This document shows positions 25,530 to 36,804 of a stretch of 64,000 nucleotides of DNA, piece by piece. The notes beneath the pieces are model-generated. The model ran no database searches. It was not told the DNA's origin and was given only the letters and a program-made list of their open reading frames with translations. Source of the stretch: Narcine bancroftii (lineage: Eukaryota); assembly GCF_036971445.1 (NCBI RefSeq), contig NC_091476.1, positions 141,174,001 through 141,238,000 of the forward strand. Direction: 5' to 3'. Position 1 is the first letter of the stretch. The number at the start of each line of letters is the position of its first letter. The position numbers and the translations under genes were made by a program.

Positions 25530-25600
25530 CGCTGGATGTGACGTCAGAGAATGTGCAGATAGCGATTGGCTGAGAGTAGCGGATACATTCGACGGATGGA
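25530..25600 (+). promoter_or_regulatory. PNRC2: PNRC2 promoter (CpG-island edge)
   Basis: CRE TGACGTCA 25539-25546, inverted CCAAT (ATTGG) 25565-25569, start of a CpG-rich island. Confidence 0.65.
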
Positions 25601-25764
25601 CGTTCTCTGGTTGGCTGGCGGCTGTCTCCGGGTTCCACGGCAGCGGAGCGGACAGGAAAAATCTGGGGGCTGCCGCCGGCCTCTTGCTATCGGTGACGAC
25701 GTGTTTTCCGCTGGAGTGCGGGCCCCGGAGAAAGGGGGCGACTCGTTGCCGGGGCCCGTGCTCG
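25580..25764 (+). other. PNRC2: Putative PNRC2 5' UTR exon 1 (start approximate)
   Basis: CpG island with donor TCG|gtgagc at 25765; the only island upstream of the PNRC2 CDS. Confidence 0.55.
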
Positions 25765-25882
25765 GTGAGCGGCTGGGAGCCGTGGCTTTGTTCCTCTCGG
25801 CTTGTCCTGCGGGGAAGGAAGGGGACGAGTGGGAAGTCGAGATCCGGCCCCTCACCGCCTCACTCTGTGTGTGGCCCCGCAG

Positions 25883-25974
25883 GCGGCAAGCCCATGCCGG
25901 CCTCGCTCTGCAACCGAGTTCGCCGCAGGATTCGGAGCCAGTTCCCGCAGCGCTGCGTACGGTCTCGCTGCCAG
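25883..25974 (+). other. PNRC2: Putative PNRC2 5' UTR exon 2
   Basis: Acceptor ctcac...ccccgcag| and donor CAG|gtcagt. Confidence 0.6.
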
Positions 25975-26579
25975 GTCAGTCTGTCGGCGTCTTCAAACCG
26001 CTACTCAACCCATTTAGGGGCTTTTAAACTGGAGCTCCTGGGACCCAGTTGTGATTAGTGGGGCAAAGATGCCTCTAGCACCTTTTAAGCTGTGGGGGAC
26101 TAGCCCCAGTAAATCGCCATCCCAGCGATTTGAGGGATCCCGCCCCCGTAGTGACGCAGTAAGTGAAGCCATACGCAAACTAAAGTCTCCCCAGTCACCC
26201 CCACCAGCTGTCAGTCTCCCCCCCACCCCACCGTCAATTGCGCTCCCCCCAACCCGCGGCAGCCGCCCTCATGGCAGCCGATCCGACTCCTCTCTCCCCC
26301 ACGGAAGCAATCCCTCTGCCCCCCTCCCCCATCCGCGACATTGACTTCTCTCATGGCAGCGACCTCTCACCCCCCCACCCCCACTTCACCCTGGGCCTTG
26401 GCAGCAACCCCTCTGTCCCTTCGATCACCGCAAACACTTCTGCAGCTGCCCCAGGGGTCGCAGTGACCTGCCCTCCCTAAGAACAGGGAGGGCTGGGCTG
26501 GAGCAAATTCTCCGAGAACTCTGGCGACGGCTCCAAGTAAAGACTCTGGGCACTGGGTTCGCAATCAAAGGTTTCTACT

Positions 26580-28680
26580 TGTCAATACACTACACAAAGT
26601 TGCTGGAGGAACTCAGCAGGTCACACAGCATCCCTTCGAAGTAATGGGTAGCCAACGTTTCAGATTGACCCATTCTTCAAGATTTGAGCAAAAAGCTGGC
26701 AGGCATCTGAATAAAACGGTAGGGGGATGAGAGGAGGGAAGAAGGTGCAGGGATACAGGCTAACAGGCAACAAGTCACAGGTGGATGTAGGTGGGAGGGT
26801 AGAAGAAAAAATAGCTGTTGTTGTAGTGGAGATGGTGAACGGAGAGGCAAGGGGTGGGGAGTTGGAGGAAAGAAGATAGAGAAAGAGAGAAGCTTGGAGT
26901 TGGGGGGGGGGGAGTTAACAGAAAATAGAGAAGTTGATGATAATGCTGTCTGGTTGGGTGGTGTCCAGATGGAATACAAGATGGTGTTCCTCTAAATTGC
27001 GGGTACCTCAGTTTGGTAGTGCATGAGGCCATGGATAAACATGTGCATGTGGGAATAGTGTGTGGAATTAAAATAGTTGGCCACTGGGAGGTTCCAGTTA
27101 TTGCAGCAGGCAGAGCAAAGTTGCTCAGTGAAATGATCTCCTAGTCTATGTCTCTCTAATGTAGAGGAGGCCACAAAGAATGCAGTAGATGACCCCTGCA
27201 GATCGACAAGTAATGTGTTGATTCACTGGGAAAGTCTCTTTGGGGCCCCAGGGGGGTGGTGAGCCAGTGGCATCACTAGTGTTGGTGTTACCCCCACCAC
27301 CTCCTCCCGTACCAGGCTGTACAGAATCCTTAATTTTTTTTGTACTAATGTTATTCATAAGTCGTAATTCCCATTATCAATGACTATAATGGCAATAGTA
27401 GTGAGATAAACATTTAGCAAAATTAAAATTACACCTTTAAATTACAACATCGTACAGCCTAAATGTATTTACATTTACATGGTTTCATATAGTTAAAGTG
27501 AAAATTTGGTAAGAAAACAATAGAATTTGAAATAAAAATATTACCACAATATTGTAGCTAAAACACCAGAAAATTTGACAAAAGCAGCAACTATAAAAAC
27601 ACTAGCAGAAATGAAAACAACAGCACGTGCTTGTAGCGCGTGCAGATGAAACCACAATTCAAAGCATCATTGTAATTAGGTAATAATGACAGCTCTGACC
27701 GGAACGCATTAGAAGGTTCAAAAAGTAAATTAGCATAGTTTTAGCCTTGTAAGTATATTGATACATGTAAGCTGGGGTTACAAAAAATGTTTTTGTTTTA
27801 TAACTAACTACAGGGATAATTTATAAAAAGTAATAAATTTCGGCTGAAATACTGCACAAAATTTTATAGACAGTCATTTTGGTGTCACCCCCTCTGATGG
27901 TGTCACCCAATGCGGCACTCTAGTCCGCATCCCTCTAGTCACGGAATTGGGGTGAAGAATGAAATGTGGGTGCAAGTGGAGTATCGCTTGCGTTCACAGG
28001 GTAGGGACGATTGGTGGGGAAGGAGGAGTGGACAAGAGAGTCGTGGAGGGAGTGGTCCCTGCAAAATGCAGGGGGGAGAGGAGAAGATGTGTCTAGTGAT
28101 GGGTTATGTTGTGGATGGCGGAAATTGTGGAGGATATGTTTGTTGTGGAGGTTAGTGGGATGGTAGGTGAGGATAAGGGGAATTCTGTCCTTGTGTCTCA
28201 GGGCGGATGTGTGAGAAATAGAGGAGATATGAGTAAGGGCTGAATTGTTAGTTGTAGAGGGGAAGCCATGGTTTTTGAAGAAGGAGGCCACCTCAGATGA
28301 TCTGGCATGGAAAACCTCGTCCTGGGTGCAGATGTGATGGAGATGGAGGAGTTGAGAGAAAGGAGTGGAAACCTTACAGGGGACAGGGTGGGAAGAGGTG
28401 TAGTCGAACTGTGGGAATTGGTCAGTTGGTGGGAAACTATCTAGAAATTTTGTCTCCCGAGATCAAGGGAGAGTGCTGCCAGAGATGCACCTTGAAATTG
28501 AGGTCAGGGTGGATGAAGCCAACAAATTCATCATGGGTGCATAAGGTTGATGTCACGGAGGAAGAGTTGAGAAGCCTTGCCTGTGTAAGCTTGTAGCCAG
28601 TAAAAAGGCCCATGTGGGCACCCATGGCTACTTCTAACTTTGATAAAGTAGGATGACAGTGATTTCCAAAAAAGAAAGTT
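26580..28680 (-). mobile_element. Penelope-like element (RT C-terminus, GIY-YIG, 3' tail), interrupted by a MITE
   Basis: AGVIYCILCGLLYIRET, LPVANYFNS, MASFFKNHGFP...DRIPLILTYHP in minus-strand ORFs. Confidence 0.75.
27265..27949. mobile_element. hAT-like non-autonomous DNA transposon
   Basis: Imperfect TIRs cagtggcatcactag / ctagtcacggaattg, subterminal ggtgtcaccc repeats, AT-rich core; splits the Penelope copy. Confidence 0.55.
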
Positions 28681-28691
28681 TCATTCGATGT

Positions 28692-29032
28692 GTTATTTCT
28701 AGCCATCAAGGATTCATACCACCCAGCACATGCACTTTTCTCGCTGCTGCCATCAGGAAAGAGGTCTAGGTGCCACAAGATTAACACCACCAGGATCAGG
28801 TACAGCTGCTACCCCTCCACCATCAGACTCCTCAACACCAACTCAATCAGGGACTCATTTAAGGACTCTTACTTTTGTACTTGTTTTTTTTCCCCCTCTA
28901 TTTTGCACTGTCAGTTATTTACAGTTCTTTATTTGTTTACCAATCAGTGGTAATTCTGCTTGGCCCGCAGGAAAAAGAATTTTAGTGTTTTATATGATGT
29001 AATGTGTGTACTCTGACAATAAATTTGAATCT
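28692..29032 (+). mobile_element. Rex1/Babar 3' fragment
   Basis: IKDSYHPAHALFSLLPSGKR...TTRIRYSCYPSTIRLLN plus tail. Confidence 0.8.
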
Positions 29033-29173
29033 TGTGCCTGTGCTGCTAAACACTGACACCATCTCTATTTGTGTTTAGTAAATATCGGCTTCTTTCTTCT
29101 GCTGTGCTATTCAGTCAGCTCGTGGCTGGTCCACTCAACCTCAGTATCCCTCTCCTGCTTGCTCCCTTTTAGT

Positions 29174-29345
29174 CTAATGTCTGCTTCTGCCTTCAGTGGC
29201 TGCTTCCACAGCACTCTGGGGCAGAGCTTTGCTTTGAAGAGAAACCGTTGCTCTCTTTTTGACTAATGCCTGGTTCTGCCTTCAGTGGCTGCTTCCACAG
29301 TTCTTTGGGCAGAGCTTTGCTTTGGAGAGAATCTGTTTCTTCTCT
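29174..29345 (+). repeat. ~90-bp tandem duplication (2 diverged copies)
   Basis: ctaatg..ttctgccttcagtggctgcttccacag...gcagagctttgctttg occurs twice. Confidence 0.85.
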
Positions 29346-29523
29346 GGCTTGGTAGCTTCATTGGTGAAACCATTTATTTAGTAGACAGGAGAGCTGCATG
29401 CTGATTTCCAACAGGACCTCACACGCAGGCAGTTATTTCTTGGTGTCAGAGCTACTGCCATGCAAACTGACTCCTGGTGCAGGTTGAGTATTCTCCCTGT
29501 GGTCACATGGATTTTTCTGGTGG

Positions 29524-32500
29524 TGTAGTGGCGCTTTAGATAGACTACAACTCCCAGAAGACTGGCAAACTGACATGGCACGCGTGGTTCAGTGTTTTAA
29601 AAAGAATAAGCGTGTGACTTGAGTAAACTAGTTCCGATTTACCTGAAACTGTGTGTTGTTATTTCACGTTAATTGGAAACCATTGCATTTTCAGTGGCTA
29701 CAATTGGCGACCTCGACAGGTCCAAAACGAGCTTTTGAATTATATGGATACTGCAGCTATTGCCGATAAGCTACCGCCCTTCTGGACAGCTGAACCAAAG
29801 CTATGGTTTCGATAGGCTGGGGCAGAGTTTCACTTCAGGAAGATTGAGGCGGACGTGACTAGCTATTATCACCTCATCAGTGCTTTGGACCAAGCCACTG
29901 GCAAGTGAGTCAGTGATGCTCCACCAGAGCCTGGAGAATGCAAGTATGACACTCTAAAAGTGCTCCTGCTGTGTATTTACAGCATGTCCCACAGAGAGAA
30001 GGCCACCAGACTATTTCACATGAAGGAGTTGGGTAATTGTGCCCTGTCTGAACTAATGGGCAACATACTGTTGTTCGGACAGCTCTTCTTGGAGAGGATG
30101 CCAGAAGACATTAGACTCTTATCGCAGAGTTATTTCAAAGACTCCAGGGCAGTAGCTGCAGAGGCAGGCATCCTGTGGCTGGCAAAAAAAAACACACCAA
30201 AAGGTCTTCAGACAATACCACTGCTTCACAGCTGTCCGTACCCAGCACCTCCATTGTTGATACTACTTCTGAAACCCATGCTCTCAATGCACCAGCTCCT
30301 ATAATAAGGCCACGTCTCAAGTCAGGCAGTCTGTCAACACTTAACCCCTGGTGTTATCACTGACTTTGGGAAATCCATGAACGTAGGTGCCTGCCACCTT
30401 GTGCATTCTCGGGAAATGCCCTGACTGACCGTCATTAATGGCTGTGACAGTTGACCGAAAATCTATGAGCTTTCTGTATGTTTGGGATCAGCTCTCTCAA
30501 TGTAAATTTTTGGTGGATACAGGATTGGAGGTTAGTGTTTTCCACCAATCGGTTTTGATGCATGTTCTACCACTAGCTTCCAACTCACAGCAGTCAATAG
30601 TTCCAACATACCCACATGTGGCACCAAAAAAAATGTATGTTCAATTCAAGGGGAACATTTACACATGGCCTTTTATTATAGCGGCAGTATCACGACCGCT
30701 ACTCAGGGTCCAATTTCCTTCAAGCTCATTTGTTCGTAGTGGATTTAAAAGGGTGGATCGTACCACCTTTCAAACTATTCGCCTGGCAGAATCACATGTT
30801 CCTGCTCTATGCCTTCAAGCCCTGCCTAAGACTTTTGATAAGTTCGCCAGACTTGTAGAAGTTTCCCAAAATTACTACAGTTTTCGACCCCCACTGCGAA
30901 ACATGGAGTAACTCACCATATTTCTATCAAGGGTCCTCCCATTCATGCTAAGACACGTCGCTTGCCTCCAGAGAAACTGCAAATAGCTAAAAAAGAATTC
31001 CACAAAGTGGAAGAACTGAGGATAATTCACAGATCTGACACCCCATGGGATCTCCATTACATTTAGTACAAAATGCACCAGAGGGTGGAGAACTTGTGGA
31101 AATCATAGATGGCTCAACGACGCCACTATACTGGATCACTACCCTATTCAAGATTTATCATTGAATCTACATGGGGCAAAAATCTTTGAAAGTGGACTTT
31201 GTGTAGATATCACCAGGTGCCAGTGGAACCAGACAACATCCCGCAAATGGCAATAATTGCTCCTTTTGTTTTGCTCTAAGTTTTATGTATGCCCTTTGGA
31301 TTAAAAAATACAGCTCAGACCTTTCATCAAGTTATGGATGAAATAGGGCGTGGCATGCCCAACGTCTTCATTTATCTAGATGACATTAGTCGCCAGCAAA
31401 ACTAAAGAACATGTCGGACCATCTGTGTACACACTTTAGACACCTGGGAGAATTTGGACTGACCATCAATCCAAGTAAATGTGTTTTCGGACAACAGTCT
31501 ATAGAATTCCTTGTGCATACAATCACTGACAAGGGTATAGTTCAGCTGCCTCCCAAGATTGATGCCGTTACTGAATATTCCAGACCAAGGGTCTGGGCAT
31601 TTCAAATTTTTATTGTCGATTCCTTCCAGCAGCAATTCACATTCTGAAACCTCTTTTCAATCTGCTATCTGGTAATCCCAAATCTCTTCAGTGGACATAT
31701 GAAAGTCGAAATGCTTTCATAAAGACAAAGGAACTATTAGCTCAAGCAACCATGCTCAGTTATCCAGTCCTAAACGCAGTCACAGCACCCTTTCAACAGA
31801 TGCATCTGTTGTGGCCATAGGAGGGAGGGAGGGGGGGGTGGGGGGGGCTGCAGCAGTATGTCGATGGACAATGGAAGCCATTGGCATTCTTTAGCCACCA
31901 CCTCTGTGAGCCCGAGAAAAAAATACAGCACCTTTGATAAAGAGCATCTAGCCATATATTTGTCCATCTATCACTTATGTAACTTTTTGGAAGGCAGACA
32001 CTTCATATTCACAGACCATAAACCTTTGACCTTCGCGTTTTCAAAGGTGTCAGAGCCCCGGACAGGTTGAAAACAGTGGCAGTTGTCCTTTCGAATAATG
32101 CACATTTCAGGAAAAGACAATGTAGTGGCTGATGCACTTTCCCACTCAGTTGTGCGCGAGGCATCAGCTATGGACCACGAGTCTCTCGCTGCTGCCTAAC
32201 CACAAGATGGTGAGATGGACTCGTAACACACCTCGATAACCAGCCTGCAATGGAAGGATTTGTAAAATGATGCCGATGTGTCAACAGAACATCCACGGTC
32301 AGTGGTTCCAGCTTCATAGAGACGTCACATTTTTGATTCTGTCCATGGTCTTTCTCATCCATCCATCAGATCAACCTTCATCTGATTTCAGAGATTTGTT
32401 TGGCATGGTGTGAAGAAAAACATCACGCAAATGGCCAGATCTTATGTAGCTTATCAAAATCCATTGGTATACAAAAGAACCGCTACAACCCTTCCCACTG

Positions 32501-33225
32501 GTAACTTGCTGCTTCGACCATGTCCATGTGAACATTGTGGGACCAATTCCAGTGTTACGAAGCTACTACTATCTCTACACGGTGATCAATAGGTTACAAG
32601 ATGGCCTGAGGCAGTCCCCATGGCAGATGCTTCTACGGACTCGATTCCTAGGTGGCTCACTTCGGCCTACTGCCGCACATCACTTCTGATAGAGTACCTC
32701 AATTTACATCTTAATTATGGATGGCTTTATCTTGGCTGCTCAGCTCTAAGCTTCATAATGCAAGTGCCTATCACCCACAATTCAACGGGATGGTTGAATG
32801 ATTCCATCATCATTAGGACAACTCCAAAAGGATCTTCACACTTCATCTGCAGACCTTGTATACAGCATGCCTTTGGTAGTCCCAGGGGAATTCCAGAGCT
32901 GCTGAGCAAACTAAGGGACAGCCCTTGCAGGTGCCATACAAGGGACCATACAGGGTGATGAGATGAACAAATTGCCAGGCTCAAACCTGCCCCATTCAAC
33001 AGTCAGCAGTTCCAATGAAGGGACTACCAGGTGATAGTGCTGTTATGGGGGGAACGGGGCGTGTAGTGGAGCTATAGGTAAAATACAACTCCTAGAAATC
33101 TAGCGAACCGGCATGTCATAACATCATGATGTGGGGCACCTAGTTCAGTGCTTTAAAAATAAGTGCATGACTCAAGTAAATTAGTTTGGATTTCCTCTCA
33201 CTTCCCAAACATATTAAGTGGCTGC
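29524..33225 (+). mobile_element. Decayed near full-length Ty3/Gypsy LTR retrotransposon (CsRn1-like) in PNRC2 intron
   Basis: 5' LTR TGTAGTGG...GGCTACA 29524-29702; PBS TGGCGACCTCGAC at 29705; gag KLPPFWTAEPKLWF; protease FLVDTG; RT IYLDD; RNase H FTDHKPL; integrase relics; PPT 33047-33061; 3' LTR from 33062 TGTAGTGG. Confidence 0.88.
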
Positions 33226-33638
33226 TGTGAATCACTATATGGGGGTGCATTTGTATTGTTGAATGTGAAAGGAATTGTTAAGAGATTAATGCAAATGGTT
33301 GGTGGATTTGATGGACAGGTGCCTGCCTACATTTTGCTCATACCTTGAAGGAGGGCTCAAGCCCAAAATATTGGTCATGCAGTTTGACTTGGTGAGCTTC
33401 TCCAGCATGGTTTTTACTTCAATCACAGAATCTGCACTTTCTCGGTTTAATTCTAACATTTCTAACTATAAAGCATTACAGCCCTGCTTAAAATACTGTA
33501 AATCATTCATCTTGTATGAAATTATGCTATTAAGAAATGTGTTTGTACTTTAATAACTTATTCAAGCTTGTTGCAGAAAGACTAGAGTTGGCTTTTTGTT
33601 TCAGCCCAAACAGGAGATAGTTTCTTTGGAAAAAGAAC

Positions 33639-34079
33639 ATGGGAGGGGTTGAAAGAGTAAACATTCCAATATCTCAGCCAAGTAACAGCACCCCCAAGAG
33701 AAATCAGCACTCAAGCAATAACCGGCAGAAAGGCAAAGACGACAATCTCAGCCATGTGACGACTGCACAAAAGAAAGGCGAGAAGGGCCACAGACGATGC
33801 TCATGTATCGCGGAGTCATGCCAAGTTATGCAGAAGGAAGTAAAAAATGTAATGCACTTTACTACAAATAATCAGAGCTGGGAGGCAGTTCTGAGCAGTT
33901 CAAATCCACTCCTAAGATCACAGTGTGACCAAAATTATGCTGGAGCTAAGTTCAGTGAGCCCCCATCTCCAAGTGTATTACCCAAACCTCCAAGCCATTG
34001 GGTACGTATTCCACGGAAAGCTTCTGAACACAGAGACATGGCCTTTCAGTTGAAGAACTTACTTAATGTGCAAGCATAA
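33639..34079 (+). CDS. PNRC2: Proline-rich nuclear receptor coactivator 2 (NMD/decapping adaptor), single coding exon, 146 aa
   Basis: MGGVERVNIP N-terminus; YAGAKFSEPPSPSVLPKPPSHWV signature; C-terminal LKNLL NR box; adjacent to SRSF10 as in other vertebrates. Confidence 0.96.
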   Translation: MGGVERVNIPISQPSNSTPKRNQHSSNNRQKGKDDNLSHVTTAQKKGEKGHRRCSCIAESCQVMQKEVKNVMHFTTNNQSWEAVLSSSNPLLRSQCDQNYAGAKFSEPPSPSVLPKPPSHWVRIPRKASEHRDMAFQLKNLLNVQA

Positions 34080-35725
34080 CCTGTAGCTTAACATGGAGGT
34101 TTATACAGAGCTGGAAGCTTTTTTTAAAAATATTCTTTCCTTTAGTTGTAATTTTTCAACCATACCACTGCCTTTAACTACCCTTCTGGGGTGGATACAT
34201 TTGCTCAGCCACTGTGGTTAGGTCCTATTAGGACTAGTGTTAGATAATTTGTTTTCTTTCCCCCTTTTCGAAGAGGAACTAGTTTAGTTTTTCAGTTCAC
34301 AATTTCTCATTGAATACTTCATACCTTTCTCTGAAGAGCGCGCATTGTAGTATGGGTCCAAAGTACTGAGGCAGCCTTTACGTTGCCCTCCTTTCTGAAT
34401 TACCCAGCTATATTTAATCATGTAGGCAGTATGTGTAGTTCATGTTATTCATTACATATTTCATTCAATGTGATGTTTGCAACCTGTCATGATTGAAGAG
34501 ACCCACAATGCACCTTACGACCACAACAGCCAGCATCAATCACATCTATGGCTTTCTTGTTTTAATGTTGATTTTTTATTGAGAAATACATTTTCATTAT
34601 TGCCAACTAACTTCAAGTTTTGTTTTGAGCAGCAACCACTTAAAATACCTGTTCAATTTCATTAACAAAATTGTCAAGCAGTTACATTGCTTGCCTCTAC
34701 TGTGACTAAAGCAGATCTTTTAAAAGGTCTGTGGTGCAATATTTTATTTTGTCACTTACATTCTAACATGGACTTTGCAAGAAAATGTTAATTCATCTTG
34801 ATGTGAAACTAAAACCCTAATTTGGTTTTATCACTTGCCAAAAATTTTTTTGCCTAGTTTAATTTGACAACTTCTGATACATATATGGACTAAGCTGGTT
34901 TAACTTAATGTGCAAGTTATTATGGCTAGATTCTTAAAACCATGTTTTAATATGTAGATAGAGCCATACAAATGTAAAACTTGTAGTATATGTATATTTT
35001 AAAGCTGGGCTTCCTTGTTAAAGTATTTTGGTACTTTGGTTATATTGAAACAGTGGCATCTTTCTTTGTAAGAAACTGGTCTTGAAGCAGTTAGCCAATC
35101 CAGGCTGCACTTGGATCAATACTGCTACTGCACCAAGAGAATGGTCTAAAAAAGAGAACTTGCAGATGTTTTATTATACAGCAGATTTATTTACAAGTTA
35201 CAGTCAGCTATGAACAAAAGGATGAGTACAACATCCACATCTGTGCCCAAAATTTGCTGTAGTTAGTTTTAATTCTAAACCTGTGCTAAATTTGCAAGTT
35301 TATTTGTACTGCATTTTAACCAAAATTTGAGAAAGTAATGAAATGTGTACCCTGTATGTGGTCTTTACAAGCTCAAAAATATGGAGAATGGAGTTGTACA
35401 GATCATCTTGCCTTCCTGTATATCTGATGGACAGACATCAAAACTGGAAAATTGAAAGGACAATAGACTTTTAGTTGTAGTCAGAGAGCCCTGATATGAG
35501 CAGGAACAAGTACAGTTGCACAAATTTCAGCCAATGTAAATGGCTAAATACAACTTCAAGGGCTTCCATAGTATGATACTATTGTTACTTGTAGTTTAAA
35601 GCAGAGGCTAGAATGATCAATACTTTGATTTTAAAATATCACATTTTTCTACACATGCAAAAAAACCTACAACATTTTTAAAGCGTAACTAAAAACATTT
35701 ATACTATGAACTTTTACAAACAGCT

Positions 35726-35734
35726 TTTATTAAA
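35726..35734. terminator. Candidate overlapping poly(A) signals (AATAAA on minus, ATTAAA on plus)
   Basis: Plus strand reads TTTATTAAA between the convergent stop codons. Confidence 0.4.
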
Positions 35735-36587
35735 AAGACAGTATAAAAATCCTTTTTTACAAGCTTCTACATGAAAGAAGGTTTGATCACAATACTGCTC
35801 AGCTGTTCTGGAAAACTAAATTCCCCAGTTTCTGGACTTATCTTGCATTTAAATAAATGCAGTTTCTTGATAACGTTAGCAAGTTTCTTTACAGCTAAGA
35901 ATGAAAAGATTTCCTCATGCAAAATACACAAATCAATATTACAGAGCATGCCAGACCACTGCATTGCATGAATGCACACAAACTGAGAAAGATTGTGGGC
36001 AGCAAATTGCCAAAAATAGGATTGTGCTTTAAGGTGATCAGTCAAGCAAATAAAGGGGATTTCTGCAAACTAATTCCCAAAATTGAGTTTCCGGCAAATT
36101 AAAAAAATACATTAATGAATACAGCACTGTTGAAAATTTGTTACAGTTGCCTTTACAAATTTGGAATTCACAGAGTTTGAATTGTATCAGCAGCTTTATT
36201 GATCCATTAGGATATTAACTGAGAAAACAATTTAGCATTTTTCTTTGCACAGTATAGAGGGCACTGCTTTATAAAAATTAATAGTAACCTAGCCACAGAT
36301 CAAATATTCTAAATTTGCCATAAAAGCAAAAATGTGAAAATTGAGTTTGAATGAACTAATGATTAACATGGCAATGTTAAGATCTTTTTTAAACCAGCCT
36401 TAGTTACTGCACCATTCGGTTTAAAATGAGGACTGAAATCTTTCAAACACCATCAACAAATTAGTCTTGCACATGAAGTTTTCTTGTATTCATAACAGTA
36501 CCCACCTCTCAACATCTACAAGACCCCCCCCCCCAAAAAAAAGAAAAAAGTAAGCACAAATAGAAGCTTTAAATTGATAACTACGCT

Positions 36588-36804
36588 TCAGTCTTCATGG
36601 TGACTGTCAGACTTGTGGCCACTCAAAGACCTGGATTTAGACCTAGACCCAGATCTCGAATGGGTGCAGGACCTTGATTGTGATCGTGTCTTGGAATCCT
36701 TCCTTGATGCGGATTTTGATCTTGATACTGATTTAGACCTGGACCTGGATCTGGATCTTGACCTGGATCTTGATCTAGTGTAAGAACGGTGACGACGTCT
36801 ATGC
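36588..36804 (-). CDS. SRSF10: SRSF10 last coding exon (RS domain)
   Basis: tttttctag|G HRRRHRSYTRSRSRSRSRSRSRSKS...SLSGHKSDSHHED-TGA. Confidence 0.92.

Noticed and set aside
25411-26564. Multiple overlapping 100-215 aa ORFs
   Set aside because: Expected in GC-rich CpG islands; no recognisable protein. Only the spliced uORF frame was kept
29174-29345. Direct repeats as a possible CRISPR-like array
   Set aside because: Only two adjacent diverged copies with no spacers, in a vertebrate intron
36690-36780. (GACCTG/GATCTG)n hexamer repeats
   Set aside because: These are simply the Arg-Ser codons of the SRSF10 RS domain
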